In this document: piece by piece, positions 1 through 13,149 of the stretch
Position numbering within the stretch: the stretch's first letter is position 1
Layout of the letters: the number at the start of each line of letters is the position of its first letter
Origin: Octopus sinensis
Taxonomy: Eukaryota
DNA: 64,000 bases
Assembly: GCF_006345805.1 (NCBI RefSeq)
Contig: NC_042999.1
Coordinates: 85,746,001 to 85,810,000, forward strand
Direction: 5' to 3'
Position numbers and translations under genes: made by a program
Notes under the pieces: generated by a model
The model's input: only the letters and a program-made list of their open reading frames with translations
Database searches by the model: none
What the model was told of the DNA's origin: nothing

Positions 1-605
1 TGACAATTTGCTTTTCAGGCCTTTAATTTTATGGTATAAAAATAATGGGCTTTTCTTTGTAAATGCCAGAATCAAAATACAAAGAAGTCATGCATTTTAA
101 CTGACCTGTCAAACACTATTCTATCTATAAATGAAACTCAGTATAGCTTTTAACTTTGTTCTTACAGTAGTTATTTAAAATAACCCCTAAAATCTCAAAT
201 ACATCCTTGGACAAGATCATCTTGATGCCACTACACAGTGTATAACATAGAATCTAACACTACCAACATACAATCAATATCAGATGCAAATGCAACCCAA
301 ATCTTATAAAACAAATACAAATGTGTATCACATCACAATCAACAATGTTAACATTCTACATGGTATCAAAGTTTTAAAATAAGGAAAGTATTAATTTCAT
401 TTTCAAGTAGTATATCAAATCAACAGTGAATCCCATGAATCCTAAGTGGTGACCTCAATTTCTCTATCTTGGATGTTACACAAACAATGCTCTCTGTATA
501 AGCTGCATATACACATAGCATCGAATGGTCATTTATGGAAAAAAAAATATCAAAGTACATAGGCGCAGGTCATTTATGGAAAAGAAAAAAAAAATCAAAG
601 TACAT

Positions 606-1335
606 AGGCACAAGAGTGGCTTACTTACCAACCACATGGTTCTGGGTTCAGTCCCATTGCGTGACACCTTGGGCAAGTGTCTTCTACTATAGCCTCGGGC
701 CGACCAAAGCCTTGTGAGTGGATTTGGTAGACAGAAACTGAAAGAAGCCCGTCGTATATAAGTATATGTATATATACATGTGTGTGTGTGTTTGTGTTTG
801 TGCCCCCAACATCACTTGACAACCGATGCTGGTGTGTTTACATCCCTGTAACTTAGCGGTTTGACAAAAGAGACCGATAGAATAAGTATTAGGCTTACAA
901 AGAATAAGTCCTGGGGTCAATTTGCTCAACTAAAGGCAATGCTCCAGCATGGCCGCAGTCAAATGACTGAAACAAGTAAAAGAGTAAAGAGAATAGGTGC
1001 AAGCATGGCTGTGTAGTAAGAAGCTTACTTCCCAACCACATGGTGCTGGGTTCAGTCCCACTGCATGGTACCTTGGGCAAGTGATTATTTTCTGTAGCCT
1101 TGGGCCAACCAAAGCTTTGTGAGTGGATTTGATAGACAGAAACTGAAAGAAGCTTTTCATATATATGTATATATATCTGTGTGTGTGTGTCTGTGTTTGT
1201 CCCCCCATCACTGTTTGACAACCAGTGTTGGTGTGTTTCCATCCCCGTAACTTAACAGTTCGGCAAAAAAAGTGCTGGGGTTGACACATTCAACTATAAA
1301 TTCTTCAAGGTGGTGCCCTGAAGCAAGTAAAAGAT
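606..1335 (+). mobile_element. Two head-to-tail copies of tRNA-derived SINE family 1
   Basis: Head ggctgtgtggtaag...ggttcagtccc, central (TG)n, tail gactgaaacaagtaaaagag; same family at 16000, 17000, 17485, 50720, 54235, 54980. Confidence 0.85.
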
Positions 1336-1974
1336 AGACTCAAAAAATACATAGACAAACAAGATAGAACAGATGTGTTCCCAAAGACAATATATCCAAT
1401 TACCAAGAAAATCTTAGACAAACCAAACAAATATCCTCTCTTAGATAATTCATATGTTCCAAACAAAATCAAGACATAGGCAAACTGTATTTTTCTTTCC
1501 ACACAAGTAAATTTTTGTAATGTAGTGAAGATAACCCCTTATCATATTTGCAGTTTGTAATTGCCAACAAACATTGGTTATATTTGTACCAAAACTGTTC
1601 AAGAAAGAATGAATTAAGTAGTTTCAAAAGTTCTTAAAGTTATTTACAACCCCTATCTATTTATTATTACCTACTTATAACAGTAGCAGTAGTTTCTTTC
1701 TATCAGTAATACCGGATATTGTAAAAATCCTTATCAGCAGTATAATATAGATTAGATAGAAAGGAAAACAATTTTTTAAAAAGGAGAATTAAGAGAAATT
1801 TGTTTTCACAGTTACATTGCTGGAGTTATCTTTGTGGGAGGTTTTATTGTAGGTTGAGAAGGAACTATATAAATGGTGATTTGTCATAGGCTGTGTTCAG
1901 CAAGACTTTTGTGTAGGGAGTTTAATTTATGAGAAGGTTAATAATTGAAGATTGTTTTTGTGTGGAGAATCAAA

Positions 1975-2583
1975 ATCAAAGTGAAATTCGAGCTTGCAAA
2001 GACCTGTTGAGGCAAGTGAAATCAAAATCAAAGTGAAATTCGATGACTGGCACCCATGCTAGCAGGGTGCAAAGAGCACCATACGAGTGTGATCGTTGAC
2101 AGAGCGGCTGACCGGCTTCCATGCCAGTGACACATAAAAGGCACCATTTGAGTGTGATCGTTACCAGCATCGCCTTACTGGCACTTTTGCCCCATGCTAG
2201 TAGGGTGCTAAGAGCACCATCTGAGCGTGATCATTGCCAGAGCGTCTAACTGGCTTCTGTGCTGGTGGCATGTAAAAGGCACCATTCGAGCATGATTGTT
2301 ACCAGCATCGTCTTACTGGCACCTGTGCCAGTGGCATGTGTAAAAAGATTCGAGCGAGATCGTTGCCAGTACTGCCTGACTGGCCGTGCTGATGGCACAT
2401 AAAAGCACCCACTACACTCTTGGAGTGGTTGGCTTTAGGAAGGGCATCCAGCTAAAGAAACTCTGCTAGATCAAGATTGGAGCCAGGTGCAGCCATTTGG
2501 TTTGCCAGCCCTCAGTCAAAATCGTCCAACCCATGCTAGCATGGAAAGCGGATGTTAAACGACGACGATGATGATGATGATGA
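1975..2583 (+). mobile_element. Solo RTE 3'-tail copy with about 5 tandem subrepeats and (ATG)n
   Basis: Shares cccactacactc...aggaagggcatcc...catgctagcatggaaa with the tails of 57000-58174 and 58955-60512. Confidence 0.85.
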
Positions 2584-5580
2584 ATAATTAATTATAATCC
2601 TATGATGAGGTTACTATTATTTTTATTGTGTAGTTGTAACGTAAGGGCTCCTCCTTTTGTTAATTTAGTGAGGGAGGTTATGTTGTACATTGCTATATAT
2701 AAATATACATAAAACATGCTACTCCAGCATCAACTATGAGGGTTCTTCAAATTCTACATGTAAATTAAATGAGAGAAAGAGATTGATCCTTTCATAAAAT
2801 ATTTTGTGAAATGCAGATGAAAGATGCCATCTTGGGTTGGATAAATGGAGCAAACCTATTATCCTATTTATTTGTGTAACAAAGAGTGATTGTTCAGAAC
2901 AAAAGTGTGGTTGTCTACAGCAGAGAAAGCCTTTCCCCAACATTGGGATATATTTTAATCATTGTACTGTTTTGAGTTATAAATTTGCTTTGTAGTTTTT
3001 GTGATATTGTTCATTGTTTTAAAATAAGTTGATGTGATCAGTGTTAACACTGATTGTAAATTTTATCTTTCTACTCGGACTGACCAGTAGAAAGCACAGT
3101 TGAACTGGAAATGGGAAGAAACGACTGGTTTGATAGTTAGCATGAAAAGGCATCATTGGAACAATTTTTTAATTTCAAGTTTAGTTCAATAGACATGCTG
3201 TCTCTTGTAGCTTCTGTTTATACAATCATATTAAAGCTGTTATTATCAAGACGAAGCAGTATCTTACTTGCAATGAGGTATATAAGGGTTATTTTATTTA
3301 CTGGCACATCTCTGGAAACATGTTAACCATCTCAAAAATCAAGATGCTATACATAAAGATAATTATGTACAAGAGCTTATAGCTTGGCATCTGAAGAAAT
3401 AATACCATTCTAGTCAAGAGTTTATCACTGGTGGCCAAAATTTTACACATCTGCTTTTTATGAAAAAGCTCAGTCTCTTTGCTCAGAAAATTCTTCAGTA
3501 GTCACTTCACTGAGTCTCTGGATTCCACCACAATTTGTGCAGATATGTGCTAAATTCTGCTAAGACATTTAAAGAAATGCCTACATGAAATATAGCTATC
3601 CAGGAGTCATGTCTTTAAGCAGCACATTGGTTTGACTATGCTAAAGTCAGGGTCAAGCATAAGCTAATGATTACATTTCAAGTGTTGTTAGAAACCATTT
3701 TTGCTTTTACTGCTTTCTTTAGAGATTAGTGGAAAACATGACTAATAGTTTGACTCTGCAAAAAACTTTTCATAATTCTCAAGCTAATAGCCAATTTCTA
3801 GAAATCCTTGGCTCTGCTGGTTCAAGAAGACCTTAGAAGTATAGCTACATTGATCCGAAATGTAAAAAAATTGAAGGTTAATCTGTTGGCTTATATCAAA
3901 GTTAAGGTGTTATGTATGATGCGTTTAAGTTTTCTATCAAGTCTAATGGGAGCACTATTCTGCTGACTGTCAATAGTAAAGATAGACAGCTTTTTCCAAT
4001 CAGTCTATGATCCGATACTTGAATGGGTTTAATATCACTAATTTCAAACTTCAGCTTATAACCTCTTTTCATTCAACTGAGTAGAATTGTGAGAAGAGTG
4101 ATAAGATTCTAAAATTTTCCCATGGACTGATATTAAATAATAGGATTGTTAAAACTATTGAATCAAAGTCTGTTTGTAAAGTACTTAGCCCAAGCATTAA
4201 AGCAAACACTTCAACAATCTTGTCCCTGAACTTTGAACTATTCTATTATAAAAATTGATAAAATTCTGTAGAAATGGAGGGATTGTATTGACATGAATAA
4301 GTACCCAAACTTTCAAACAATAATTCAACGTTCTATCTTTGAAGCATTTTGTGGTTACATTTCTATTAGAAACACTTGACTTGGCAGATTTATCAGAGTC
4401 TGTAACTACTGTTGTCTTGCTTAAAGTTTGGTCCCTCTGCACTTAGAATTATTACACCCTTATTTTGAGGAAGTGTTGCCTTTGACAAATTATTCAAATA
4501 AGTTGCTGAGTCATTTTGTAAAATCTTTAGCTGTTTCAATTACAAACCTTTTTCCCAATTTATCCAGTTAAAAGTGTGATACTTGATATTTTTAGTTAAT
4601 CAAAACAAGAGAGCAACACCCATAACTCTTGCAGGTTCTCCAAACTTAGTGCAATTGATCTTCAGTTTGATGCTCTGTAAGTTATTGTAAGTAGCATAAA
4701 GCTGGGCTGAGAGGGAATTTCAGAAGGTTGTATTTAGAATGATAGGGAAAGTCTATAGTGTGATTGAGAGTTGAAATACAATAAAAACAATAAGAGGGTG
4801 GAAAGATGAGTGTTTCAGTTGAGTGGAGGTGCTATGCAGTTTGTATAAATAGGAGCAGAGATTGTAGTAGTAATAGTAGGAGAGACAGAGAAAAAACAGT
4901 GAGTCTGGCCCAGTCATATTGGGGATTGAAATATTCTCTTGTTTTGAAGAGAAAATTTAAGTTTTAAAATGTAGGTTTAGTGATGTTATATTCATAACAT
5001 CAGCATGAGAGATCATCAAAGCTAGCAGTTGTAGCAAATATTTCTTAGGAGCTTAAATTGTATGTTGTTTGTGTGCAGAGGTGTGATATGTCAAGTAATA
5101 TATTATTTTTGAAGGAAGTTTAGGGTTTTAGTTTATGGAGGTACTGCAAGTTTGGGGAGAAGAATTTGCTGGCATACAGATAACATATGTAAGAATGGTT
5201 GAAGAGTGAAGGACAGTATCATCCACACTGGTAGATTATGAGGTGTTAGAATTAACAGTAGGTAGGTCAGTATATACAGAAAGAGTATGTACTTTCCCCA
5301 TCACTCATAAACTTGAGTTAGATGGATGGAGCCAATAGCTAGGCAACTTAGCTACAAGAGTTCCGTACCAGACTAGGTAAAAAGCTTTTGAAGGGTAGGA
5401 GATACATAGTGTATGCTGTAGAATAAGTTTTCATTAAATCTGGTTTGATAGATTTCATACTAGTAGTCTTTAAGGGAAGAAAGAGATAATTGTTTATGAT
5501 ATACTTTTGAGGTGCTGGAAATGAACACAATAAATCAATATCAACAGGATCAGAGAGATTGCTCTTCTTGAAAATGAGAT

Positions 5581-5847
5581 ACAGTAATCCCTTGACTATT
5601 GTGGGTGTTGTGTTCCAACCCCACCCCATGGTAAGTGAAAATCTGCAAAGTAGAAACAGTACTGTACTATATATTTATTATTATTATTTTTATAATTTGT
5701 ATATATTTATTTTATAAATGCAAAACAACATGGAGGAATCAATGTAAGCCTAATGTACATTGTAATGTGTTTCCAAAAACATATTTTGAGATATATTTAG
5801 TGAGAGAGACAGACCAAAAAGGACAAGAGTTACCTTTGGGTATACTG
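5581..5847. mobile_element. Possible Tigger-like MITE
   Basis: TA|CAGTAATCCCT... and ...TACTG|TA ends; short TIR only. Confidence 0.35.
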
Positions 5848-6148
5848 TATTAAATGGACATAGATTAGTCACCTTATTGGAGCAATCAGATTTTGTGCTT
5901 CATTTGATGACTGTGTACATGATGGTGAGCAACTGGGAAGGGTTATATCTTGTTATGCAGTGTAGAGTTGGAAGAGAATCTGACAGCAAACGTGGTGCCT
6001 TGCTTTCTCAGTAAAGTAATAATCAATTTAGTTTCAAGAACCTTCACAACACCAAAATATTTTTAAATATTCTTAAATATTTTAACCATTATTATTGCTT
6101 ATAAATCTGAAGTAACAGCAGTATTCATTGATCTCATTTCTACTTTAA

Positions 6149-6362
6149 CCCTTTGGCATTTAAACTTGCCATAACCAGCCAAAATATTCCTGTTTTATAC
6201 CAAACTGGTCAGATCCAGCCTCTCACACCTACCCTACAATGTCATTCTGAAAATAAACAAACACCGCACTGAAATCTCAAAGATACAAGCTAATGCAGGA
6301 TAAATTCAAACAATGCGAATAAATAAGCATTACATTTGATAAAATAACTGAATGCTAAATGG
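6149..6362 (+). mobile_element. piggyBac-type TTAA MITE, family A
   Basis: TTAA|CCCTTTGGCATT start, decayed AATGCTAAATGG end; internal homology to the 10933 and 58759 copies. Confidence 0.7.
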
Positions 6363-6722
6363 CTATATGCAGTTAATTCTGATATTTTGTTGAATATTTT
6401 CCATAAGAGCTACAACTTGAAGAATATTCTTTTTTATTTCACATTACTATGGCTCTCAGTTTAAGCTGTTGTAGTACCTTACAAATATAATTATTCTTAT
6501 TTCTGAATGAAGATGATCATAGTTGAAAACTAAAGCATAATTGGATCAAAAGAAAGTTTACTGTGATAGAAACTTTGGAAGAGAAGAAATATACATATCT
6601 GTTTTGAATGCAGTGTGTATTTTTGTTGAACGACTAATTGCTGTGTGAATTTATATATATAAAAAAATAATAAAAACAAACAATAAGCAATGATGTTTTT
6701 ACCAGACAAAATTCAATCAATT

Positions 6723-6953
6723 TTATTTATGGCTAAAAAACATAACTTTGTCTTTCGAAGTAGCTTTTGCAAAAGCTGCTCGAATGCAAGCAAATACAAT
6801 TTTTGGTGGTTGAGAAGCATTAACAGCTTCATGGATACCTTTTTTACTGTAATATTCTACTAATGGACTGGTCTGCGAATGGTAACTGTCAAGACGCTTT
6901 TTTAGTGTTGCTTCATTATCATCAGCTCTTGTGATGAGAGGTTCACCAGTTAC
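6723..6953 (-). CDS. AK2: Adenylate kinase 2, exon 5 ([13 protein letters not shown]...[16 protein letters not shown])
   Basis: cccag acceptor; TGEPL..R.DDN and Y..QT.PL..YY motifs; TAA at 6725-6723; spliced product 246 aa; C-terminus resembles vertebrate AK2 (KAT.KD.VMF). Confidence 0.96.
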   Translation of the reverse strand, partial: VTGEPLITRADDNEATLKKRLDSYHSQTSPLVEYYSKKGIHEAVNASQPPKIVFACIRAAFAKATSKDKVMFFSHK

Positions 6954-7675
6954 CTGGGTAAAGAAAAAAAATATAATATTAATATTATTTTATAAATTCA
7001 ACACACTAAAAATTCTTAATTCCCTAAACATGTTCAATGAAGATTAATAAAATAACCCAGTTTAATGACAAAAAAATTATACATTATATTTGACAAAGAA
7101 ACTTGAAATTTTGATAAGAATCTATGTTAATATAAACAATCAAATCAACAGTAAATGTTTGGATAAACTAAAAAAAAAAAAAGCCTTATCATTATCATTG
7201 TTCAAATATACACTTTTCCATGCTTGCATGGGTCAAACAGAATTCAGATTTTTCTATGGCGAGATGCCCTTCCTGTCACCAACCCTCACCTATTTCTAAA
7301 AAAAAGGTAATATTCCTAATTGCTGCACATGTTTACATGGAAAAGTGGAAACAAGGGATTCTGCTTGTATGATGATAATATTCCTTTACAACTATCCCAT
7401 GACATCAAGACACATATACACACAATGAGTTTCTTTCGGTTTCTATCTACCAAATCCACTTAAAAGGCTGAAGTCAGCCTGGAACTATAGTAGAAGACAG
7501 ACTCAAGGTGCTAAACAGCTAGACTGAACCCGCAGCCACTGTTGTACAGCTGCCTATATCACAAAAATAGAAAAGATATTCTAACTAAAAAAACATAGGA
7601 TGGAAAAGAAAATGTATCACTGTCTGGGAAACCTTTGATAATCAGGACATTTAAACAAAAATAGAGTGAACATCA

Positions 7676-7768
7676 TCATCATCATCGTTTAACGTCCGCT
7701 TTCCATGCTAGCATGGGTTGGACGGTTCAATTGGGGTCTGGGAAGCCCGAAGGCTGCACCAGGCTCAT
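7676..7768 (-). mobile_element. Very short RTE 3'-tail copy, inverted
   Basis: catcatcatcatcgtttaacgtccgctttccatgctagc. Confidence 0.75.
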
Positions 7769-8053
7769 AAACAGTGGTCTAGCTACCTCCAGTTGTGTGA
7801 CACAATGAGAGATCTTTTATATTGCTGGTTGTCTTAATAGAAACTGCATCCCTCAAATTATACTTTACTATTTTTAAAAAAGAATGTTGGACAATGTAGT
7901 CCTTGATATGCAAAAGGATGAAATAGTCATAGCTGGAATGTTAGGAGTGTAATTTGAGAGAGATTTGGATGCTATTTTTAGCAGAATATTAATTGCAATT
8001 TTTCATGGTTCCATAAAATATGATCAAAATAAAATGATAATTAGAAAACTTAC

Positions 8054-8221
8054 ATCATCAGTATTAGTCACTTTAGGAGGATTAAATTTTACATGATATG
8101 ACCGCCCACTTGCAGGATGGATCCTTCTTCCTGTGATACGTTCAATCAATAAGGAATCATCTATAGAAAACTCAATCACAGAATCTAATGCAGTTTTCCG
8201 CTTTGTCAGTAAATCATCAAG
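8054..8221 (-). CDS. AK2: Adenylate kinase 2, exon 4 (LDDLL...[31 protein letters not shown] domain)
   Basis: Manual translation; ttttcag acceptor, gtaagt donor, 168 nt, phase 0/0; long-type LID motif GR.IHP.SGRSYH..FNPPK. Confidence 0.96.
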
Positions 8222-8429
8222 CTGAAAAATAAAATTAAAAATAAAGTTACAACTGTCTCCATAATTTTAAATGAATTTTAGGAGTTTCTTTGATTATTTG
8301 TTTAGAGCAATTTAGTTGTTTTTAGTATTTTGGCTTCAAGTTTTATTTTTGACAGTGTTTCTTTGGGTATGGAACTAACTAAATCAGTTTAACATGATAA
8401 CTTAGAAATAGTAGGGAAGCAAAAAGAAT

Positions 8430-10210
8430 AATGTCCTTAACACTTTAAACTTGCTGGCTTGGAATTCCAGGGCCACAACTGTTTGACTATATCTCACCAG
8501 TCTGGTATTCCATTATGCCACTACTTCTGTTTGCTACTATCATTTACATAAACTTCCTGCCCCAATCAGCAACTGTTTCACATAGAAAGGCACTGCTGTG
8601 ATTTTTGCTAAAGTTTATGAGAGATCTGAATGACAGATTTGATTTTAGTGATAACAAGGGGGTTTTCAATGCCTCTGATTATAACCACAAAAGTGATTTC
8701 AAAAGCAAATATGATTTGGTAGATGGTGATAACAAGCCACAGGATGTTCCAATACAAAATTTACAGCCAGCTTATGATGGGAAAGCAAAGGGACCTGCTC
8801 AAAGGTGGGGAGAAAGAGGCATTGTGATGTTACTAATGCTTACCTTTGGATTGGAATACTGATGGTTCTTTCCTGATGATGATCTCAACTCTACTGAACA
8901 TCCCAGGCTTAGAAATATCCTAGGCAACCTTACTGCAAGGTCAGATAATGTTGTGGATTGGCTTGTTCTAAATGCATACATTGTGGCCACTGTTAGTTGC
9001 TACTGGTGTCAAAGCAGCTAAGCCTAATAATTATCATGTAAAGAACTTTAATTTAGTAACTGTGGTGAAGATGAAACCTATATTGGTCGCAGAATTGCAA
9101 TAGAAATTCTAATACTGAAAACAGATTATGATCAATGCTAGTGACAGAAAATTAACTTCTTCACCATCACTTCAGGTTTCAATAAAATATTTGTCAGAGA
9201 CTGATTCATGACCATCTGAAGTTTTCTGTACTGTGTAAATGAAGATGAACCAACTGTTGATAAAGGTAATAAAATCTACAAATCTAGACCTGTGTTCAAT
9301 TATATTTTAGAAAAATTCAATCATTATTACACACCAAAATAGAATCTCTTACTTGATAAGGGGATGAACCTCACAAAAACTTCTCAGTCAGTAAGACAAT
9401 AACAAACCCATCCATTGGGACATAAAAATCATATCTTGTTTGTGATAGTGAGAATGGGTATATATGTAATGCTGAAATACACATTTGTAGGGTAGTCAAT
9501 GCAAAAGAAATGGATAATCTTGGAGTGACTGGGAATTTTGTCTGCCTACTCAAAGTATTTCAAGATCAAGATTAACATATGTATTGGGACAGATATCATT
9601 TTGGAACTGAACTAATCCAGTATTTGGACAGGTACCACAGCATTACATTGACACCAATCAAACCAACAAAGGCTAATTTTCCCAAAAATATAAGGACAAA
9701 GAGAGATGGAGCGGCCAATTGAGGTACCTCATCATTCACTTTGTTCTTTAGTTCTCCATTCACAAGTGTATTGCAATATGATGTTAAGAGGAGTGCTAGT
9801 TCTATGCCCAAAACTCATTGCTGCATACAGTAGGTACCTAGAAGGAACAGACAAGAATGATCAAATGACTAGTAAATATCACTACAAGTGGCTTCACAGG
9901 ATGATGGCATGTGGACATTTACATTTCTGTTGTATATTTGAGGATATATGTAACAATTTTGTTGGGTATTTTCATCACCAACACCTGTTGACAACACCTT
10001 CATCACTGTTAAGGATGTTGGCCTGCATTCAGTAGAGAGAGCCACCCATGCCACTACAGACAGCTTATATGTTGTCTGTTCAGAGGCCAAATGCAGAATA
10101 CAAAGATTTTCCAAAGAAGGAAAAAAATTTCTATTTGTGCAAAAAATCCTGATATATTGGCAATGGATATAAATCTGTTGAAAAGGAATACTGGATGTAA
10201 TTAAAGAGTG
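8430..10210 (+). mobile_element. Degraded piggyBac-like transposase element (AK2 intron 3)
   Basis: Fragments NKIYKSRPVFNYILEKFNHYYTP..NL.LDKGM and KP..W.IK...CDSENGYI.N.EI match the piggyBac DDE core pattern; acidic N-terminus; ends uncertain. Confidence 0.7.
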
Positions 10211-10932
10211 AAGATGAAAGGAGTAAGAGATGTCTAATTACAAATGAGACATAACTTATTTAATTTATTAACATTTTCTAAGGTTTAATTGATGAATGTC
10301 AGTTTTTCAGTGATTTTCATGTCAACACTCAGGAATGGAAATCACACACAACAGAGGGTCAGGAGCCAAAGAGTTACTCATCTTAGACTAAGGCATTCTA
10401 TTACTTAACCAAGAAAGCAAATAGAATATCAGCTGCTGCAGGTTGTTGGGTACAAAAAAATTCAGTGTGTGTGTGTGTGTGTATGTAGAAAGAGAATAAG
10501 AAGGAAGATAAAAAGGAAAGAGAATAGTAAAGCGAAGGAGATAAAAGAAAAGAAGGGAGAGATGAAGGGAAAAAGAGATGTAGATTACTGTGGAGTAATT
10601 GTTATTTTCTGTTATCAATTGTTCACAAAAATTTGAATGGTCAACATCAATGAAACCAGAGAAAATGAAATGTGTTAGAATAGACTGAGGCGGAGAAATA
10701 TTAGGTGAAATGAATGTTCTCTAATATAGATAGCAATAATGAGGACAGAGGGAGGTGATGAGGAGTTGAAGAAATTACATAGACATGTACACAACATTAA
10801 CACCCCAACTCACCATCACTTATAAAATATTCCCTGCATCTAGCACACTATAGCTGCTGAGACAAAAAAGGTACCTCTAAATAGTGGCTTGCTAAGAACA
10901 GAAGTTTTAAGTTTCCTCAAATCACACCTAAA

Positions 10933-11158
10933 CCCTTCAGCATTCAGGTTACTTTATCAAATGTAATGATTATTTATTTACATAGTTTTAAATTAATCAT
11001 GTACTACCATGTAGCTTTCAGATTTTAATGATGTCATTGTTTAGTTTTAAGATGGAAGTTGTAGAGTAAGTATGAGAGACCAAATCTGCCTTGTTTGAAC
11101 ATAAAGCAAATAGTATATCTGGGCCTGATATAGTTGGTTTAAAGGGTTGGCTAAAGGG
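10933..11158 (-). mobile_element. piggyBac-type TTAA MITE, family A, nested in a SINE-like repeat
   Basis: CCCTTCAGCATT...GCTAAAGGG|TTAA; host repeat (compare 7850-7950 and 26700-26880) resumes on both sides. Confidence 0.7.
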
Positions 11159-11371
11159 TTAAAAGAAGAATGTGTTGGACAATGTAATCCTGGTTATAAA
11201 AAACTGGAATGGCTTTCTCAATCATTGGGTTAAACAACAACAATATTACAACTGGAAATTATAATCATTATCAAAAGAAAAAAACCCCAGAAGAACAATG
11301 AATAAACAGAACAGACACAAAAACAATATACATAATTTAGACCAGTAAACAAAAAAGAAAAAAATGCTTAC

Positions 11372-11562
11372 TGCTTCTGCTTGGCTAACATTCCTTGGAA
11401 ATCCATCAAGCAAAAATCCATTTGCACATGCTTCTTTATCCAAATTCTGACTGATTATTTCAATGACTAAATCATCACTAACTAGTTTTCCCTCATTAAT
11501 TACTGATTTAAGTTGTTCTCCAAGCTTTGATCCAGAGGCCACCATAGCACGTAACATATCCC
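11372..11562 (-). CDS. AK2: Adenylate kinase 2, exon 3 ([12 protein letters not shown]...[16 protein letters not shown])
   Basis: ttttttag acceptor, gtaagc donor, 191 nt; NMP-binding motifs GDMLR, GKLVSD and LDGFPR. Confidence 0.97.
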
Positions 11563-12844
11563 CTAAAAAAGCAAATTTTATAAACATTTAAATTTTACAA
11601 ACACACAAGACAGACAGGTAGATACGTAAACAACTTTATCTCTTAAAAATTTCATATTACATTATTTTCATAAATGCAATGTTATATTTGTATACTGCTG
11701 CAGGTGTTGTGTTGTAAACTTCAACCTGTAAACACAACACTTAATTTTTCTTGTCTAAAACTAATTAGGAAATTAAAATAATGAACTAATTATGACTAGC
11801 TGTAACTTGCTATCATTAAAATTTCATTTTTATTAACAAATTCTTTTCTACATCCATTTTCCCATGCTGGATGTCCATACTATTGCTGGGTGGAAGACTT
11901 AACCCACTGCCTGGTTTAATACCTTGGGTGCCTTTAGCAGATTCTATTCTGTTGCAAGTGTTTGGACTAAGTTTCCAGTTTGAGGATATCTTCCTTCTTT
12001 CTACCTTCAATGGCCCTATCACAAGTCATGGGCACAACCTTCCATTCTATCTAAAAGATGGTACAAAAAAAAAAAAAAACTCACTCAACTAAGAAAAGTG
12101 CAAACAGTATTTTGTCAATCAAACAATCTTGATAAAAAGTTATGTACACTGCTCAAAGGTTACCTTTCTATAAAGCCTTTGTGCTGAAAAGTTGGCAAAA
12201 CAAGGTTGTTTCTTATTAAATTACTTTCTCCTCACTGAAAAAGTGGTAATTGATGAATTGACTGGATTTAGATTGCCTTCTCTTCTATTACACTTATTAG
12301 ACTAAAGCAAATCACGAGGGGAAAAAAACCTCTCAGAACACAACAAATGTCTGTTACAATTTATGAACTCCATATTACATCATCATCATCATCATCTCCA
12401 CAGCGTGAAACTGTACTGCTCTGGTATACGAGTTTAACACTTTGCAAATGACTGATAAATTACTGTTACCAAATAACTGAAGTACTGGATTAACAGCTAT
12501 TTTCAAGTAGTTGATTTAATTCAACATAATTTTACTAATTGCTAGTAAAGTGACATCTAAATCTTATAAGGGAACATGCTATAGTCAATTACTTTAATCA
12601 CAATGCAGAGGAACAGAGTGATTGGCCATGAGAGTTGACAGTAGTATGATAGATAAAGCAAGGCCCACATTGTGCTTCTATGCAGCAGTATCATGCAATC
12701 TGTTCTTTACTCAGAGGAAAAAGCCTTTGACTACCAGCAGAGGTAATAATTCCTTAAAATCTTTTCAGTTTGTTTTTACCTGGGTAATATACATTCAGAA
12801 CAACCATTATGTCACCTTGGCAACAGAAACTATCAATTACTTTT

Positions 12845-13141
12845 AGTGCCAGTGGCACGTAAAAAGCACCATCCGATCGTGGCTGTTGCCAGCCTCGCCT
12901 GGCCCCCGTGCCGGTGGCATGTAAAAAGCACCATCCGACCGTGGCCGTTTGCCAGCCCTGTCTGGCACGTAAAAAGCACCCACTACATTCACGGAGTGGT
13001 TGGCATTAGGAAGGGCATCCAGCCGTAGAAACATTGCCTGATCAGACTGGGCCTGGTGCAGCCTTCTGGCCTCCCAGACCCCAGCTGAACCGTCCAACCT
13101 ATGCTAGCATGGAAAGCGGACGCTAAATGATGATGATGATG
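12845..13141 (+). mobile_element. Solo RTE 3'-tail copy
   Basis: Same tail, about 3 subrepeats, (ATG)n. Confidence 0.85.
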
Positions 13142-13149
13142 AGCCTTCT

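Noticed and set aside
527-611. About 41-bp tandem duplication at the SINE head
   Set aside because: Best explained as an insertion-associated local duplication; no functional signal
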